Positions 1-10,100 of a stretch of 64,000 bases of DNA are shown here, piece after piece (within the stretch, counting starts at the first letter, position 1; each line of letters begins with the position of its first letter). A model generated the notes under the pieces. The model was not told where the DNA came from. It saw only the letters and a list, made by a program, of their open reading frames with translations, and did not search any database. The DNA is from Thermoanaerobaculia bacterium (lineage in GTDB: Bacteria > Acidobacteriota > Thermoanaerobaculia > Gp7-AA8): positions 11,646 through 75,645 of the forward strand of contig DASVEE010000057.1 in the NCBI GenBank assembly GCA_036380735.1. The letters are read 5' to 3'. A program made the translations under genes and the position numbers.

Positions 1-108
1 CGGAGCCCAGAACCAGTGTGTAGACCGCGCGTCGCCGCGTTTCATTCGCGAGACTGCTGACCACATCCTGAATCATCTCGGAGAGAGATTTCGGGGCCGC
101 TATCTTCA
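1..108 (-). CDS. partial CDS (first 36 codons, continues past window start); hypothetical, possibly HTH regulator
   Basis: ATG at 106-108 on minus strand reads MKIAAPKSLSEMIQDVVSSLANETRRRAVYTLVLGS to the window edge without a stop; weak ArsR-like HTH resemblance only. Confidence 0.2.
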
Positions 109-178
109 TGGGGATAGCGTTAATTATGACTATGTGGCGGCTTCAGTCAACTATAAAGGCGCCGCGAGGCCGTCCGCG

Positions 179-1399
179 TCAGCCGGCGGCCATCGCCTCG
201 AGCTCCTCTTTCTTCGCTTCACCGAAGAAGATGCGGAGGTCGTCGAGGCGCGCTTCGACGTCCTGCTCGCCGATCTCGATGAGCCGCGTGGTGTAGTGCG
301 TCTCGAACATCAGCAGCGAGACGAAGTCGGGAGAGTCGGTCTCGTCGGTGCCGAGGGCGCGGATGAGGAGCTTGAGGTTCTTCGGAAGGTATTGCTGGTA
401 TTCGCCGGCGAGCTTCCCGAGATCGACGGAGGGGCGCAGCACCGCGAGCTCGATCGGGCGCAAACCGCTGCGCTGCTCCTCCGGCAGCTTACGCAGCATC
501 TCATTGAGGCGCTCCATGCGCACGACGTCCTCGTCGATGTTGTCGAGGAACACGGCGTTGACGAGCTGCCCGAGCACCTGTGCGGCGGGTGGATAGCCGC
601 ACACCACCGGAGCGCTCGCCTCGTCGGGCGTACGCTGGTAGCCGGTGGACATGGCGAGGATGCGCGTGGCGCCGAGATGAACGGCGGGGGAGAGCGGCGC
701 GGCGAGGCGGATGCCGCCGTCACCATGCCATGCGGAGCCGATGCTCACCGCCGGGAAGATGAACGGCAGCGCGGAGGAGGCGAGGATGTGCTCGACCGTC
801 AGCTCCTTCAGCTCACCGCGGTGATTCGGTCCTTCGAAGACGTCGAAGTTGCGCCCCTGGACCCAGCGCACGGACTGACCGCTGGAGTAGTCGAGGGTCA
901 TGAGCGCGAGCGCGTGCAGGTCGCCGCGGCGGAGGTTGTCGATGATGCCGGGGATCGGCTCGTCGTGGCGGCAGCCGAGGACGCGGCTGAGGAGATCGCG
1001 GAGCGGCGTGGTGTCGACGACGCCGCGCGGATGGTGCCACTTCTTCCTCGGATAGAGGGTGGCCAGCGCCGAGCGGAAGGGGACGAGCTTCGTCCAGTCG
1101 AAGCGGTAGATGTTGCTGCACTCGAGGCTGGACCAGAGCCGCGCCAGCTCGTGCGCCTGCTCGGCGAGCGTGCCGCGCCGTGCGGCGAGAAAGGCGGCGT
1201 TGATGGCGCCGGCGGAGACTCCTGTCACGATCCGGAAACGGACGTGAGGGAAGTGTTTGGCGATCCCTTTGAGCAGGCCGGCCTGATAGGCCGCGCGCGC
1301 GCCGCCCCCGGTGAGCATCACGGCCAGCTCGCCACCGCCGGACGGATTTGCGTGTGGCGGAAATGGGATCGCGGCATCCATACGGCTGAGCAATTGCAT
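179..1399 (-). CDS. patatin-like phospholipase
   Basis: GGGxRA oxyanion motif (MLTGGGARAAY), GVSAG nucleophile elbow, DGG catalytic Asp motif (HGDGGIR); start set at internal ATG 1399 (MQLLSRMD) of track ORF 179..1789. Confidence 0.8.
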   Translation of the reverse strand: MQLLSRMDAAIPFPPHANPSGGGELAVMLTGGGARAAYQAGLLKGIAKHFPHVRFRIVTGVSAGAINAAFLAARRGTLAEQAHELARLWSSLECSNIYRFDWTKLVPFRSALATLYPRKKWHHPRGVVDTTPLRDLLSRVLGCRHDEPIPGIIDNLRRGDLHALALMTLDYSSGQSVRWVQGRNFDVFEGPNHRGELKELTVEHILASSALPFIFPAVSIGSAWHGDGGIRLAAPLSPAVHLGATRILAMSTGYQRTPDEASAPVVCGYPPAAQVLGQLVNAVFLDNIDEDVVRMERLNEMLRKLPEEQRSGLRPIELAVLRPSVDLGKLAGEYQQYLPKNLKLLIRALGTDETDSPDFVSLLMFETHYTTRLIEIGEQDVEARLDDLRIFFGEAKKEELEAMAAG

Positions 1400-1414
1400 T
1401 CCGATTGCCAACGG

Positions 1415-2569
1415 ATGCAAATGCGCGGTACGGAAGGACGTGTGGCCGTCGTCGGCGGTGGAATCAACGGGGCGGGAATCGCCTGGGAGCTCGCCCGGCG
1501 CGACTACGAGGTCGTTCTTTTCGAGAAGGGGGAAGCGGGCGCGCAGACCTCCTCCGCCACCACAAAAATGGTCCATGGCGGTCTCCGTTATCTGGAGGGA
1601 CTGCACTTCGGACTGGTCGCCGAATCGCTGCGCGAGCGCGCGCATCTGCTCGAAGCCGCGCCCTCTCTCGTGCAACCGCTGGAGATCCTGCTGCCGGTTT
1701 ACACCGACAGTCCCCGCAGCCGCGCCACGATCCGCCTCGGTCTCATTCTGTACGACGTGCTCTCCGGCCGGCGCAACATCCACCGTCATCGCAAGCTGAC
1801 GAAGGAGGAGCTCGCGTCACGCGCGCCTCTGCGGAGCGAGGGGCTGCTCGGCGGCTTCTCCTACTGGGATGCGCAGGTCGACGACCGGCAGCTCGTACGG
1901 ACCGTGATTGCCGCCGCGATCCTCGACGGCGCCAAGGTGCGCGAGCACACGCGCGTCGAGTCGCTGCGCAGGGACGGCGCGCAGTGGCGCATCCGGACGA
2001 GCGCGGGCGACGAGGAGGAGTTCGACCTCGTCGTCAACGCGGCCGGTCCGTGGATGAACGAGCTGCTGCGCGCCAACGGCATCCGCGCGCGCTACGTCCT
2101 CTCACTCGTGCGCGGCTCGCATCTCGTGTTGCGGCATCGAGTGAGCGAGGCGGGGCTGCTGCTGCAGTCGACGACCGACTCGCGCGTCTTCTTCGTGCTG
2201 CCGTGGAAGGGGACGACGCTGGTCGGGACGACGGAGGTCGTGCAGAAGGAGCCGCTCGACGGCGTGCACGCGACGGACGAGGAGATCGACTATCTGCTGG
2301 CCCGCTTCAACCGCTACTTCCGCGAGCCGATCACCCGCGACGACGTGCAGTCGACGTTCGCCGGCGTGCGGCCGCTGGTAGGCCGCGCCGCCAACCCGAG
2401 CGCCATCGGCCGCGACGCGCGCATCGTCCGCAGCGGCACGCTGATCAACGTCTTCGGCGGCAAGCTGACGACGTTCATGGCCCTGGCGCGCAAGGTGGCG
2501 CTGCGCGTCGACAACGCGTTCGGGCGGACGAGGGAGGCGCGGCCTGCCATCTATCCGGAGAAGCGATAG
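1415..2569 (+). CDS. glpD: FAD-dependent glycerol-3-phosphate dehydrogenase (GlpD-like)
   Basis: C-terminal half of track ORF 134..2569; VAVVGGGINGAGIAWELARRDYEVVLFEK dinucleotide-binding fold and TSSATTKMVHGGLRYLE signature typical of GlpD; ATG at 1415 in frame; upstream half of the ORF is antisense to the patatin gene. Confidence 0.8.
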   Translation: MQMRGTEGRVAVVGGGINGAGIAWELARRDYEVVLFEKGEAGAQTSSATTKMVHGGLRYLEGLHFGLVAESLRERAHLLEAAPSLVQPLEILLPVYTDSPRSRATIRLGLILYDVLSGRRNIHRHRKLTKEELASRAPLRSEGLLGGFSYWDAQVDDRQLVRTVIAAAILDGAKVREHTRVESLRRDGAQWRIRTSAGDEEEFDLVVNAAGPWMNELLRANGIRARYVLSLVRGSHLVLRHRVSEAGLLLQSTTDSRVFFVLPWKGTTLVGTTEVVQKEPLDGVHATDEEIDYLLARFNRYFREPITRDDVQSTFAGVRPLVGRAANPSAIGRDARIVRSGTLINVFGGKLTTFMALARKVALRVDNAFGRTREARPAIYPEKR

Positions 2570-2578
2570 ACTTCGGGC

Positions 2579-3253
2579 ATGACGTTCATCCCACCGCTGG
2601 ATACCGATAAGAAACAACGCCCTCGCATCCCGCGCGAGCTCGATGCGGCCGAGATCCGCGTCCTCGGGAGCCTGATGGAGAAGCAGCTCTCCACCCCCGA
2701 GTACTACCCTCTGACGCTGAACGCGCTCTCCGCCGCGGCGAACCAGAAATCGAATCGCGAGCCGGTGATGGAGCTGTCGGATGCGGAGCTGACCCGTGCG
2801 CTCGACCGCCTCCAGGACGAGAAGCTCGTCTGGAAAGTCCTCGGCGGCCGCGCCACGCGCTACGACCACAACCTGGACAACGTGTGGCACCTCCAGAAGC
2901 AGGAGAAAGCGCTGCTGACGCTCCTCTTCTTGCGCGGCGCGCAAACCGCCGGCGAACTGCGCGGCCGCAGCGACCGCCTGCAGACGTTCGACAGCGTGGC
3001 CGAGGTGGAAGAGGTGCTGCGCGACATGGCCGCCCATAGCGAGCCGCTGGTGCGCCAGTTGCCGCGCCGCCCCGGTCAGAAGGAAGAGCGCTGGGTCCAC
3101 ACCGTGGGCGGCGTCTTCGTGGAAACCGAACCGGAAGCCGCTGGCCCCACCGAGCGCGGCGAACCCCTCAGCGCGCGCGTCGCGCGCCTGGAAGAGCAGG
3201 TCGCGCTACTGACCGGTGAGTTGCGTGAGTTGAAGGCAAAGCTGGGGGAGTGA
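2579..3253 (+). CDS. YceH/DUF480 family protein
   Basis: Collinear similarity to E. coli YceH (EIRVLGSLMEKQ..., NREPVM, LLLRGAQTAGELRGRS, C-terminal coiled coil). Confidence 0.75.
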   Translation: MTFIPPLDTDKKQRPRIPRELDAAEIRVLGSLMEKQLSTPEYYPLTLNALSAAANQKSNREPVMELSDAELTRALDRLQDEKLVWKVLGGRATRYDHNLDNVWHLQKQEKALLTLLFLRGAQTAGELRGRSDRLQTFDSVAEVEEVLRDMAAHSEPLVRQLPRRPGQKEERWVHTVGGVFVETEPEAAGPTERGEPLSARVARLEEQVALLTGELRELKAKLGE

Positions 3254-3257
3254 CGAG

Positions 3258-3340
3258 AGGACGAATGGGACCTATAGGACAGATAGGATCTATAGGACTG
3301 ACGAGGCCTGTCCTATCCGTCCTATAGGTCCTATCGTTCC
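3258..3340. repeat. ATAGGAC-unit tandem-repeat hairpin element (copy 1 of 13)
   Basis: GGACGAATGGGACCTATAGGACAGATAGGATCTATAGGAC ... GTCCTATCCGTCCTATAGGTCCTATCG inverted arms between convergent genes. Confidence 0.85.
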
Positions 3341-3347
3341 CCGCCAA

Positions 3348-5726
3348 TCACCGCCGCACCGCGCGTCCTTTGCGCGGCACCTCAACGAGGTTCTCCACCA
3401 GGAACGGTTCCACCGCGGTCGCATCGCCGATCGTGGCTTCCACGCCGGCCGCGCGGAGCGCGTTGCGCAGCAGCTCCCCTTGCGCGGCGCAGTCACCGCT
3501 GATGAAGAACACCGGGTCGTCCGTGGTGGCGTGCGACGTCGGGCTGGCGAAGCGCGCGGTGCCGGCGCAGGAGAACGGCGAGCACCCGAGGAACTGCGTG
3601 ATCGAATCTGTGGCGATGCAGGAGCCGCCGGCTTGCAGCAGGTCGGTGGCTCCCCCGAGATCGACGACGGCGCGCACGCGCGAGGAGTAGCCCCAGTTGC
3701 CGCCGCTCAGATCGTCGGGTGCCGCATCGGCCGTCATCCCCGCCAGTGACGCCAGATGGCCGCCGGCTGCGCCGATGCCCATGAGGCCGAAGCGTGAGGT
3801 GTCGAGTCCGTACTGCCACGCGAACGCGCGCAGATAGCGGATCGCGGATTTCACGTCGCTGACCTGCGCCGGAAACTGCGCCAGCGTCGTCGGACGGAAA
3901 TCGATCCACGCCGTGGCGTACCGCGTGCCGAAGCTCCCAGCCGGCGTCGAGTTGCGCCGCGGCGCGGCCCAGTCGTTGGCCTCGACGACGATCAGCAGCG
4001 GATGCGGCCCCGGACCGAAGGGGACGAGAAGATCCATCCGCAGCGGAATGCCGTTGGGGCGGGCGAATTCGACGTCGCGATGGAACGTGCCGCTCTGGTC
4101 GTCGTTCAGGATCGTGACGACGGCGGTGGCGTCGGTGAGCACGCCGCCGGTGGCGTTGGACAACGTGACGAAGAACGTCTCGTCGGCTTCGCGCACGTCG
4201 TCGCTGACGATCGTGAGCGTGATGCGCCGCGTCGACTGGCCCGGCGCGAACGTCAAGGTGCCGCTCGAAGCGAGGTAGTCGACGCCGGGCGTCGCCGTGC
4301 CGCCGCCTGTCGCGTAATCCACGGTGATGGGGAAGAGCGCGGACGACGACATCGTGACGACGACGTCGACGGTCGCGTTGCCGACGTTCCCTTCGCTGCG
4401 CGACACGTCGGCGATCGAGATCATCGACTGCGGCGCGATGACGTCGACGAAGATGTTCGTCGAGCTGCCGAGATGCGTTTCGTCGCCGGAGTACTCGACG
4501 GTGAGCGTGTGCACGCCGCGCGAGAGCGGCCCGACGAGCACCTGGGCCCTGTTCTCGCTGACCTGCGCGCTGCCGAGGATCGTGGAGCCTTCGCGGATCG
4601 TGACGGTGCCGCTGTTGATCGCGCCGCCGGCCGGGTCGGTCTCGACGAGGACGTCGATCGGGAAGGTGCGGCCGGTTTCGGCGGCGCCGTAGAACGCGTT
4701 GACCTTGGTCGCCACGCGCTGCGGCTGGACGCGCACGGCGACGTCGTTGCCGGTGCCGCCGGTGTACGTGATGCGGAACGTCTTCCGTCCGGCGTTGAAC
4801 GTCGCCCCTTCCGGCAGCGGCTCGATCTCTCCTGAGGGGAGCAGCCGGCCGAACGTGCCGCTGATCGGATCGCCGCCATCGTTCGCCACGATGACGTAGG
4901 TCGTGTTCAGTGCCGGGTTGAAGTTGTCCGGCAGCCGGAGCTCGAGCGGCTTGTTCTCGATCAGGACCGTACCGTTGACCGCGAGCTGGTCGTGGCCCCC
5001 ACCATTGATGTCCACGATGTACGCGCCCAACTCCTCGGGTGCGAACGCCGAGCCGCGGAGCGCGATGTCGCGCGTGGTGAGCGTCCCCGTGTCGTTCGTG
5101 GCGCGCGCGCCGGGCGCGATGCGGCCATACGCGTCGACGGTTCCGGCAGAGCCGTTGCCGGCCAATTCATGGCTGACGCGAAACGACGCATTGCTCAGCG
5201 AGCCGGCGAGCTCGAAGCCGGAGACACCGTCGAAGACCTGACCGGTGAAAGGATGCGTGCCGTTGACGCGGATCGCGTCGTAGACGATGACCGTGCCGTG
5301 GCCGGTGATCGAGCCGTTGAAATCGCAGCGGATCAGCGTGATTGTCTGGTTGTTGACCTCGAGCGTGCTGTAGCTCGCGGCCGACGTGATGATCGGTCCC
5401 TCTGCCTCGACAGGAGCGGTGAAGGTGGCGACGCAGCCGCCGTCGGCGATGTGCGACCGCACGCGCACCGGGTTGCCGCCGATCGTGTAAGGCGTGCTCT
5501 CGAAGTGGATTCGCTCGAGCGAGACGTTCAGGTCGTTGAGCAGGTTCGCGTTCGGCGAGGGATTGAGGAAGCGCAGCGTGTCGCCGTCCACCGGAACCTG
5601 CGCCGGACTCCAGTTGCCAGCCGTCGACCAGCGATTGTCGACGGCGCCCGTCCAAAGGAGGGTGGCGCCAAATGCGTTCGTGGCCAGGAGAGTGACGAGG
5701 GCGAGGACAGGGAACCGGAGCATCAC
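3348..5726 (-). CDS. secreted multidomain protein: N-terminal beta-strand repeats, Calx-beta domain, C-terminal alpha/beta-hydrolase-fold domain
   Basis: signal peptide MMLRFPVLALVTLLATNAFGA; Calx-beta-like segment (ITLTIVSDDVREADETFFVTLSNATGGVL...ILNDD); C-terminal esterase-like fold with HGG-like LLIVVEANDW and nucleophile-elbow position GIGAAGGHLA; first codon GTG at 5724-5726 followed by ATG. Confidence 0.7.
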   Translation of the reverse strand: MMLRFPVLALVTLLATNAFGATLLWTGAVDNRWSTAGNWSPAQVPVDGDTLRFLNPSPNANLLNDLNVSLERIHFESTPYTIGGNPVRVRSHIADGGCVATFTAPVEAEGPIITSAASYSTLEVNNQTITLIRCDFNGSITGHGTVIVYDAIRVNGTHPFTGQVFDGVSGFELAGSLSNASFRVSHELAGNGSAGTVDAYGRIAPGARATNDTGTLTTRDIALRGSAFAPEELGAYIVDINGGGHDQLAVNGTVLIENKPLELRLPDNFNPALNTTYVIVANDGGDPISGTFGRLLPSGEIEPLPEGATFNAGRKTFRITYTGGTGNDVAVRVQPQRVATKVNAFYGAAETGRTFPIDVLVETDPAGGAINSGTVTIREGSTILGSAQVSENRAQVLVGPLSRGVHTLTVEYSGDETHLGSSTNIFVDVIAPQSMISIADVSRSEGNVGNATVDVVVTMSSSALFPITVDYATGGGTATPGVDYLASSGTLTFAPGQSTRRITLTIVSDDVREADETFFVTLSNATGGVLTDATAVVTILNDDQSGTFHRDVEFARPNGIPLRMDLLVPFGPGPHPLLIVVEANDWAAPRRNSTPAGSFGTRYATAWIDFRPTTLAQFPAQVSDVKSAIRYLRAFAWQYGLDTSRFGLMGIGAAGGHLASLAGMTADAAPDDLSGGNWGYSSRVRAVVDLGGATDLLQAGGSCIATDSITQFLGCSPFSCAGTARFASPTSHATTDDPVFFISGDCAAQGELLRNALRAAGVEATIGDATAVEPFLVENLVEVPRKGRAVRR

Positions 5727-5774
5727 GGGAGTTTACCCTCTTGGTTGTCTGCACTTACGTTAGCGCGGTCACAC

Positions 5775-5817
5775 GGGGGACAGGGCTCAGGGCCCAGGGC
5801 CCTGAGCCCTGTCCCCC
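5775..5817. repeat. perfect 43-bp GC-rich palindrome built from CAGGGCT/CAGGGCC heptamers
   Basis: GGGGGACAGGGCTCAGGGCCCAGGGCCCTGAGCCCTGTCCCCC between two same-strand genes; likely terminator/structural hairpin. Confidence 0.8.
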
Positions 5818-5823
5818 AAGGTG

Positions 5824-7017
5824 CTACCGATTCGTGCGGAACCGCACGAACGTATAAATCCCCTGCGGTTTGTGGCCGTACTGCGGCAGCTCTTCCAGGT
5901 CGTGGGTCTGCGTGTGGTAATCGAACGTCACGCCGACACCGGTGCGCCAGGTGTTGCCGGCGATGAAGTCGTACAGGTAGCCGATCGTGTAGTGCGTGGT
6001 CTCGTCGGTCGGCCCTTCTTCACCGGTGTCGCCGAAGAGATTCGCCGGGCGGTCGACGAGCTCCGCGCGTCCCATGAACGTGCTGCGTCCGGCGCGGAGC
6101 GCGAGCTCGAGGCCGATCGCTTCGTAATCGGGGATGAGGAGCTCGTCGCCGGCGCGCTTGGTCCACAGCGCGGTCGCGGAGACGGCGCGCGAATGCCAGG
6201 AGATCGACGCCGACGTCGCCTCGCGCTCCGCGTCGCCGAGCTCGGCGCGCGACGCCTGCAGCGAGAGGCTGGGGATCGGCGTAAGGGTCACGCGCGCGGA
6301 GCGGGAGTCGATGTCGCCGTCGGGCAGCTCGGTGTGGTCGTCGAAGGTGACGGCGTCGTGGAAGACGCTCCCTTCGATGCTGATGAAGCGCGAGGTCCAG
6401 CCGAGGGTGACGACGCTGGAGGAATCGTGGGTGAACTCGTGGATCTCGTAGCCATAGGGCGCTTCCGCGAAATCGATGGAGGAGGCGCGCTGGGCGAACG
6501 GCACGGCGCCGAAGGCCGGATCGCCAACGAGACCGCCGTAGAGATGCAGCCACGAGCTCTGCGTCGTGCGGACGCCGAGGTGGACGGCGGCTTCGCCGAT
6601 CAGGTCATGCGGGCGCATGAAGTCGATGAGCGGCCCGCCGGCTTCAGGGCTGACGTACTGCAGCACCTGCGGATAGCCCTCTTCGGGAAGCGTGTACGGC
6701 TCGAGTGAGACGCGCCCGCGGAAGAGCAGCGTGGCGCGGTCGCCGAAGAGGTCGCGCCCGAGGCCGATGGTGAGGAAGTTCGTGGAGAAGACCTCGTTGC
6801 GCTGCTCGGCCGGGCCGGACTCGCTGACGTAGGTGGCGAAGGCCGCCGTATCGATGAAGGCTTTCCACGCGCCGTCGGAGAAGAGGTGCGGTGCGCCCTG
6901 CCCCGGGTTGGCGGCAGTGCCGGAGACGTTCCGCAGCAGCGGATTCGTGGCCTGCGTCGTCTGGGCGGCGAGCGGAAGAGAGAGGGAGAGGGCGAGAAAT
7001 GCCACAGCACGCTTCAT
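5824..7017 (-). CDS. hypothetical secreted/outer-membrane protein
   Basis: ATG at 7017, signal peptide MKRAVAFLALSLSLPLAAQT; alternating beta-strand-like composition, aromatic-rich C-terminus; no recognised catalytic motif. Confidence 0.5.
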   Translation of the reverse strand: MKRAVAFLALSLSLPLAAQTTQATNPLLRNVSGTAANPGQGAPHLFSDGAWKAFIDTAAFATYVSESGPAEQRNEVFSTNFLTIGLGRDLFGDRATLLFRGRVSLEPYTLPEEGYPQVLQYVSPEAGGPLIDFMRPHDLIGEAAVHLGVRTTQSSWLHLYGGLVGDPAFGAVPFAQRASSIDFAEAPYGYEIHEFTHDSSSVVTLGWTSRFISIEGSVFHDAVTFDDHTELPDGDIDSRSARVTLTPIPSLSLQASRAELGDAEREATSASISWHSRAVSATALWTKRAGDELLIPDYEAIGLELALRAGRSTFMGRAELVDRPANLFGDTGEEGPTDETTHYTIGYLYDFIAGNTWRTGVGVTFDYHTQTHDLEELPQYGHKPQGIYTFVRFRTNR

Positions 7018-7065
7018 GTCGCGCGCATGAGTGCAACAGACGCGCCCGCCGTGTCAAGAAGCGAC

Positions 7066-7132
7066 GAACGAATGGGACAAATGGGACTCCGAAAGTCCCA
7101 TCCATCCCATTCGTCCTATGCGTCCTATCCCG
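7066..7132. repeat. ATAGGAC-unit hairpin element (copy 2)
   Basis: GAATGGGACAAATGGGAC ... GTCCCATCCATCCCATTCGTCCTATGCGTCCTATCC. Confidence 0.8.
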
Positions 7133-10100
7133 TCAGTGCCGTGCCGCGCGGCTGCGCGTCGCACAGCCGCCCTCCGGATCGAACGGCGATTCGTACACGA
7201 ACCCACCGGTCAGAGCGCCCTCGGCGCCGCCGGGGTTCGTCACCACGATGCGCGGCCGGCCGACCACGCCTGCAGGGGTGACGGCGCGGAGCGTCGTGGC
7301 GTCGACGACCGTCACCTGCGTGGCGGCGACGCCGTCGAACGTGACGCTGGCGCCGACGGTGAAGCCGCTGCCGTCGATCGTGACCTCGGTACCACCATCA
7401 TTCGAGCCGCACGCCGGTGCGACGGCACGAACGGTGACGCCGTCCGCCACGATGCGCAGCGTCGGTCCGACCGCGGCGAGCTGCCCCGCCGCGTTGGTGA
7501 TCTCGATCGGATACGTACCGACGGCGACGCCGGCCGGGATGCGGGCGACGAGGCGCGTGTAGCTCTCGCCTACGATCGCCAGCTTGCGGCCATCGACGAA
7601 GAACGAGTAGCCGGGGCGGAAGCCTTTCCCCTGGAGGACGATCTCGCCGTGCGCGGTCGTCTGCGCCGGCGCAATGGCGGTGATCTGCGGGCGCTCCGGC
7701 TCGAGGATGGTGAAGATCGGCCCGAGGGTCGAGCCGCCCTTTAGCGAGATCGCCACTTTGCCGGGCGCGAGCTCCGGCACGCGGACCACGTGCGCGTCGG
7801 GGGCGGTGTCGAGGATCGTGGCATCGGTCGTGTCGAAGAGCACACGGTCGGTGGCGCGGAAGTGCAGGCCCGTGACCGTGACCTGTTCCCCCGGTGCCGC
7901 GAAGAGCGGATGCGCTGCTTCGAGGATCGCCGCCGGATCAGCGGCGGTGACGTACTCGAACGACGTGACGAGCTCCTTCGAGGTGATCGCGTCGGCTGCG
8001 CTGCCGGTGCACTTCACGGCCACGGCAACTTCACCGGCCGCGTGCGCCGGGGTGATCGCCGTCAGCTCGGTGGCGCTACGCACTTCCACGCCGCGCGCGG
8101 CCGTGCCGTCGAAGAACGCCCAGCAACCGCTGCGGAAGTTGAGGCCCTCGATGCGCACGTGCGTTCCGCCGGCGACGTTGCCGCCGCGCGGCATCACGTT
8201 CTGCACGGTGGGGGAGGCGGCGAAGTAGGTGAAGCCGTTGGTGAAGACGGAGGAATCGCTGCCGCAGGAGATGAGCACGTCGACCGCGCCCGCCGCATGC
8301 GAGGGCGTGGTGGCCTGCAGCTTCGTTTCGCTGATGAGCGTCGTCTCGCGTGCCGGGACGCCGCCGAAGATGGCGACGCAGTCGCCGCGCAGCTTCATGC
8401 CGATGATGTCGACGAGCGTGCCACCGGAGGTGGGGCCGTTCGCCGGCTCGAGGCGGAGGATCGCCGGCCCATCGGGCGTGGCCCGGACGTCGCCGAGGAG
8501 GAGCGAGGTGTTGCTGGCGGAGCCGGGCGCGGTGGCGGTGATGGCGAAGCCGCCCTGCTCGAGCGCTTTCACGTCGAATGTGCCGCTGCCGCCGGCGGGA
8601 ATGGTGAAGGACGACGGCGCTTCGACGCCGCCGGTCGTCTCGAGATCGATCGTCACCGGTGAGGTATGCGCCGGCTCTAGTGTCGCGCGCACCGTGGCGG
8701 TCTGCCCTTCGATGAGCGAGAGCGAAGCAGGCGAGAAGACGACTTTCGCCGCGGCGTACGTCGAGACGGAGACGCTCAGCGTCTGGCCGCCCAGCGATGG
8801 CGGCAGCGTGGCGGTGATCTGGGCCGAGGCGCCCGGTGTGAGCGCGCGCACTTCGAACACGCCACCGCGGTCGCCTGGATGGACGGTCAGCGACGCCGGG
8901 ACGGAGACCGCGTCGTTGCTCGCTTCGATGAGGATGGTGCCGGCGGCGGTGGCCGGGGCACCGAGGTCGATGCGCACGCCGCCGCTGCTGCCGACGGCGA
9001 TTTCCTGCGTGGCCGGGCCGATGCCGGCGTCGTCGTTGAGGATGGTGACGGTGGCGATCGTGTCGGCGCCGAGCTGCGCGCCGTTCCCGGCGGCAAGAAG
9101 ACGGACGAGGAACGTTTCGTCGAGCTCCACCTGGCTGTCATCAACGATCGGAATGGAGATCGTCGCCGTGGTGCCTCCACCGAAAAAGCGTCTGCAGCAC
9201 GTTCCGGTGTAATCCTGCGGCGAGCTGGCGCTCACCGGCACGAGGCGGAATTCGACATATCCGGTGTTCGGCTCGCTTGCCGTGAACGTGACCAGGGCGG
9301 AACCGGCGCCTTCGAGCACCGTCACATCGGTGACCGAGATGGTCGCGACCTCGTCGTCGTCGATGATCGTGGCCATGCTGGTCGCAGGCCCGGTGGCGTG
9401 TGCCGACGAACCGTGCAGCAGGAAGTACTCGTCGTTCTCGGCGGTGTGGTCGCTGATCACGGCAACCGCAAAAGTCTTCGCGGTCTCTCCCGGTGCGAAC
9501 ACGAGCGTGCCGCCGACGGAGACGAAATCGGAGCTCGCGCTGGCCGTGCCGTTCAAGGGGTTCAGCTTGACGGAGATCGGGATCTCGGCTGCGGCGGAGA
9601 GCGTGACGGTGAACACCGCGTCCACCGTTCCTCCGTCGCCTTCGACGACCGTGGGGTTGGAGATCGCGAGCGTCACGCGATCATTGTCGTTGATGGCGAC
9701 TTTCCACGAGCTGACGCCGCCGATCGACGCGCCGCCAGTGGCGTTCGAAAGCGTCAGCCGGACGACTTCCGCCTTTTCGACCAGCGTGTCGTCGATGGTC
9801 GCGACCGTGACGGTTTTCGACAGCTCGCCGTCGGCGAAGGCCAGCGTCCCGCTCTGCGCGACGTAGTCGAGGCCTGCGATCGCATCGATGTCGCTCGTGG
9901 CGAAGGACACACCGGCAGGACCGATGGCGGTGTTGCGGCTGATGGTGAACGTCAATCCCTGGCCTTCCGTCGCCGGAATGGCGCCGGTGACGCTGAAGAC
10001 TCCCGGACCTTCGACGGGAACGCAGGTCGAGAAAACCGACGTGCCGACGAGCAGTCGTGTCGCGGTCGCCGTGATCACGCTGCCCTGTGGCTGCGGGACG

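Noticed and set aside
134-1398. First half of 811-aa plus-strand ORF 134..2569
   Set aside because: Low-complexity R/E/A/L-rich translation with no motifs. It is exactly antisense to the motif-rich patatin gene. The real plus-strand gene (GlpD-like) begins at ATG 1415.
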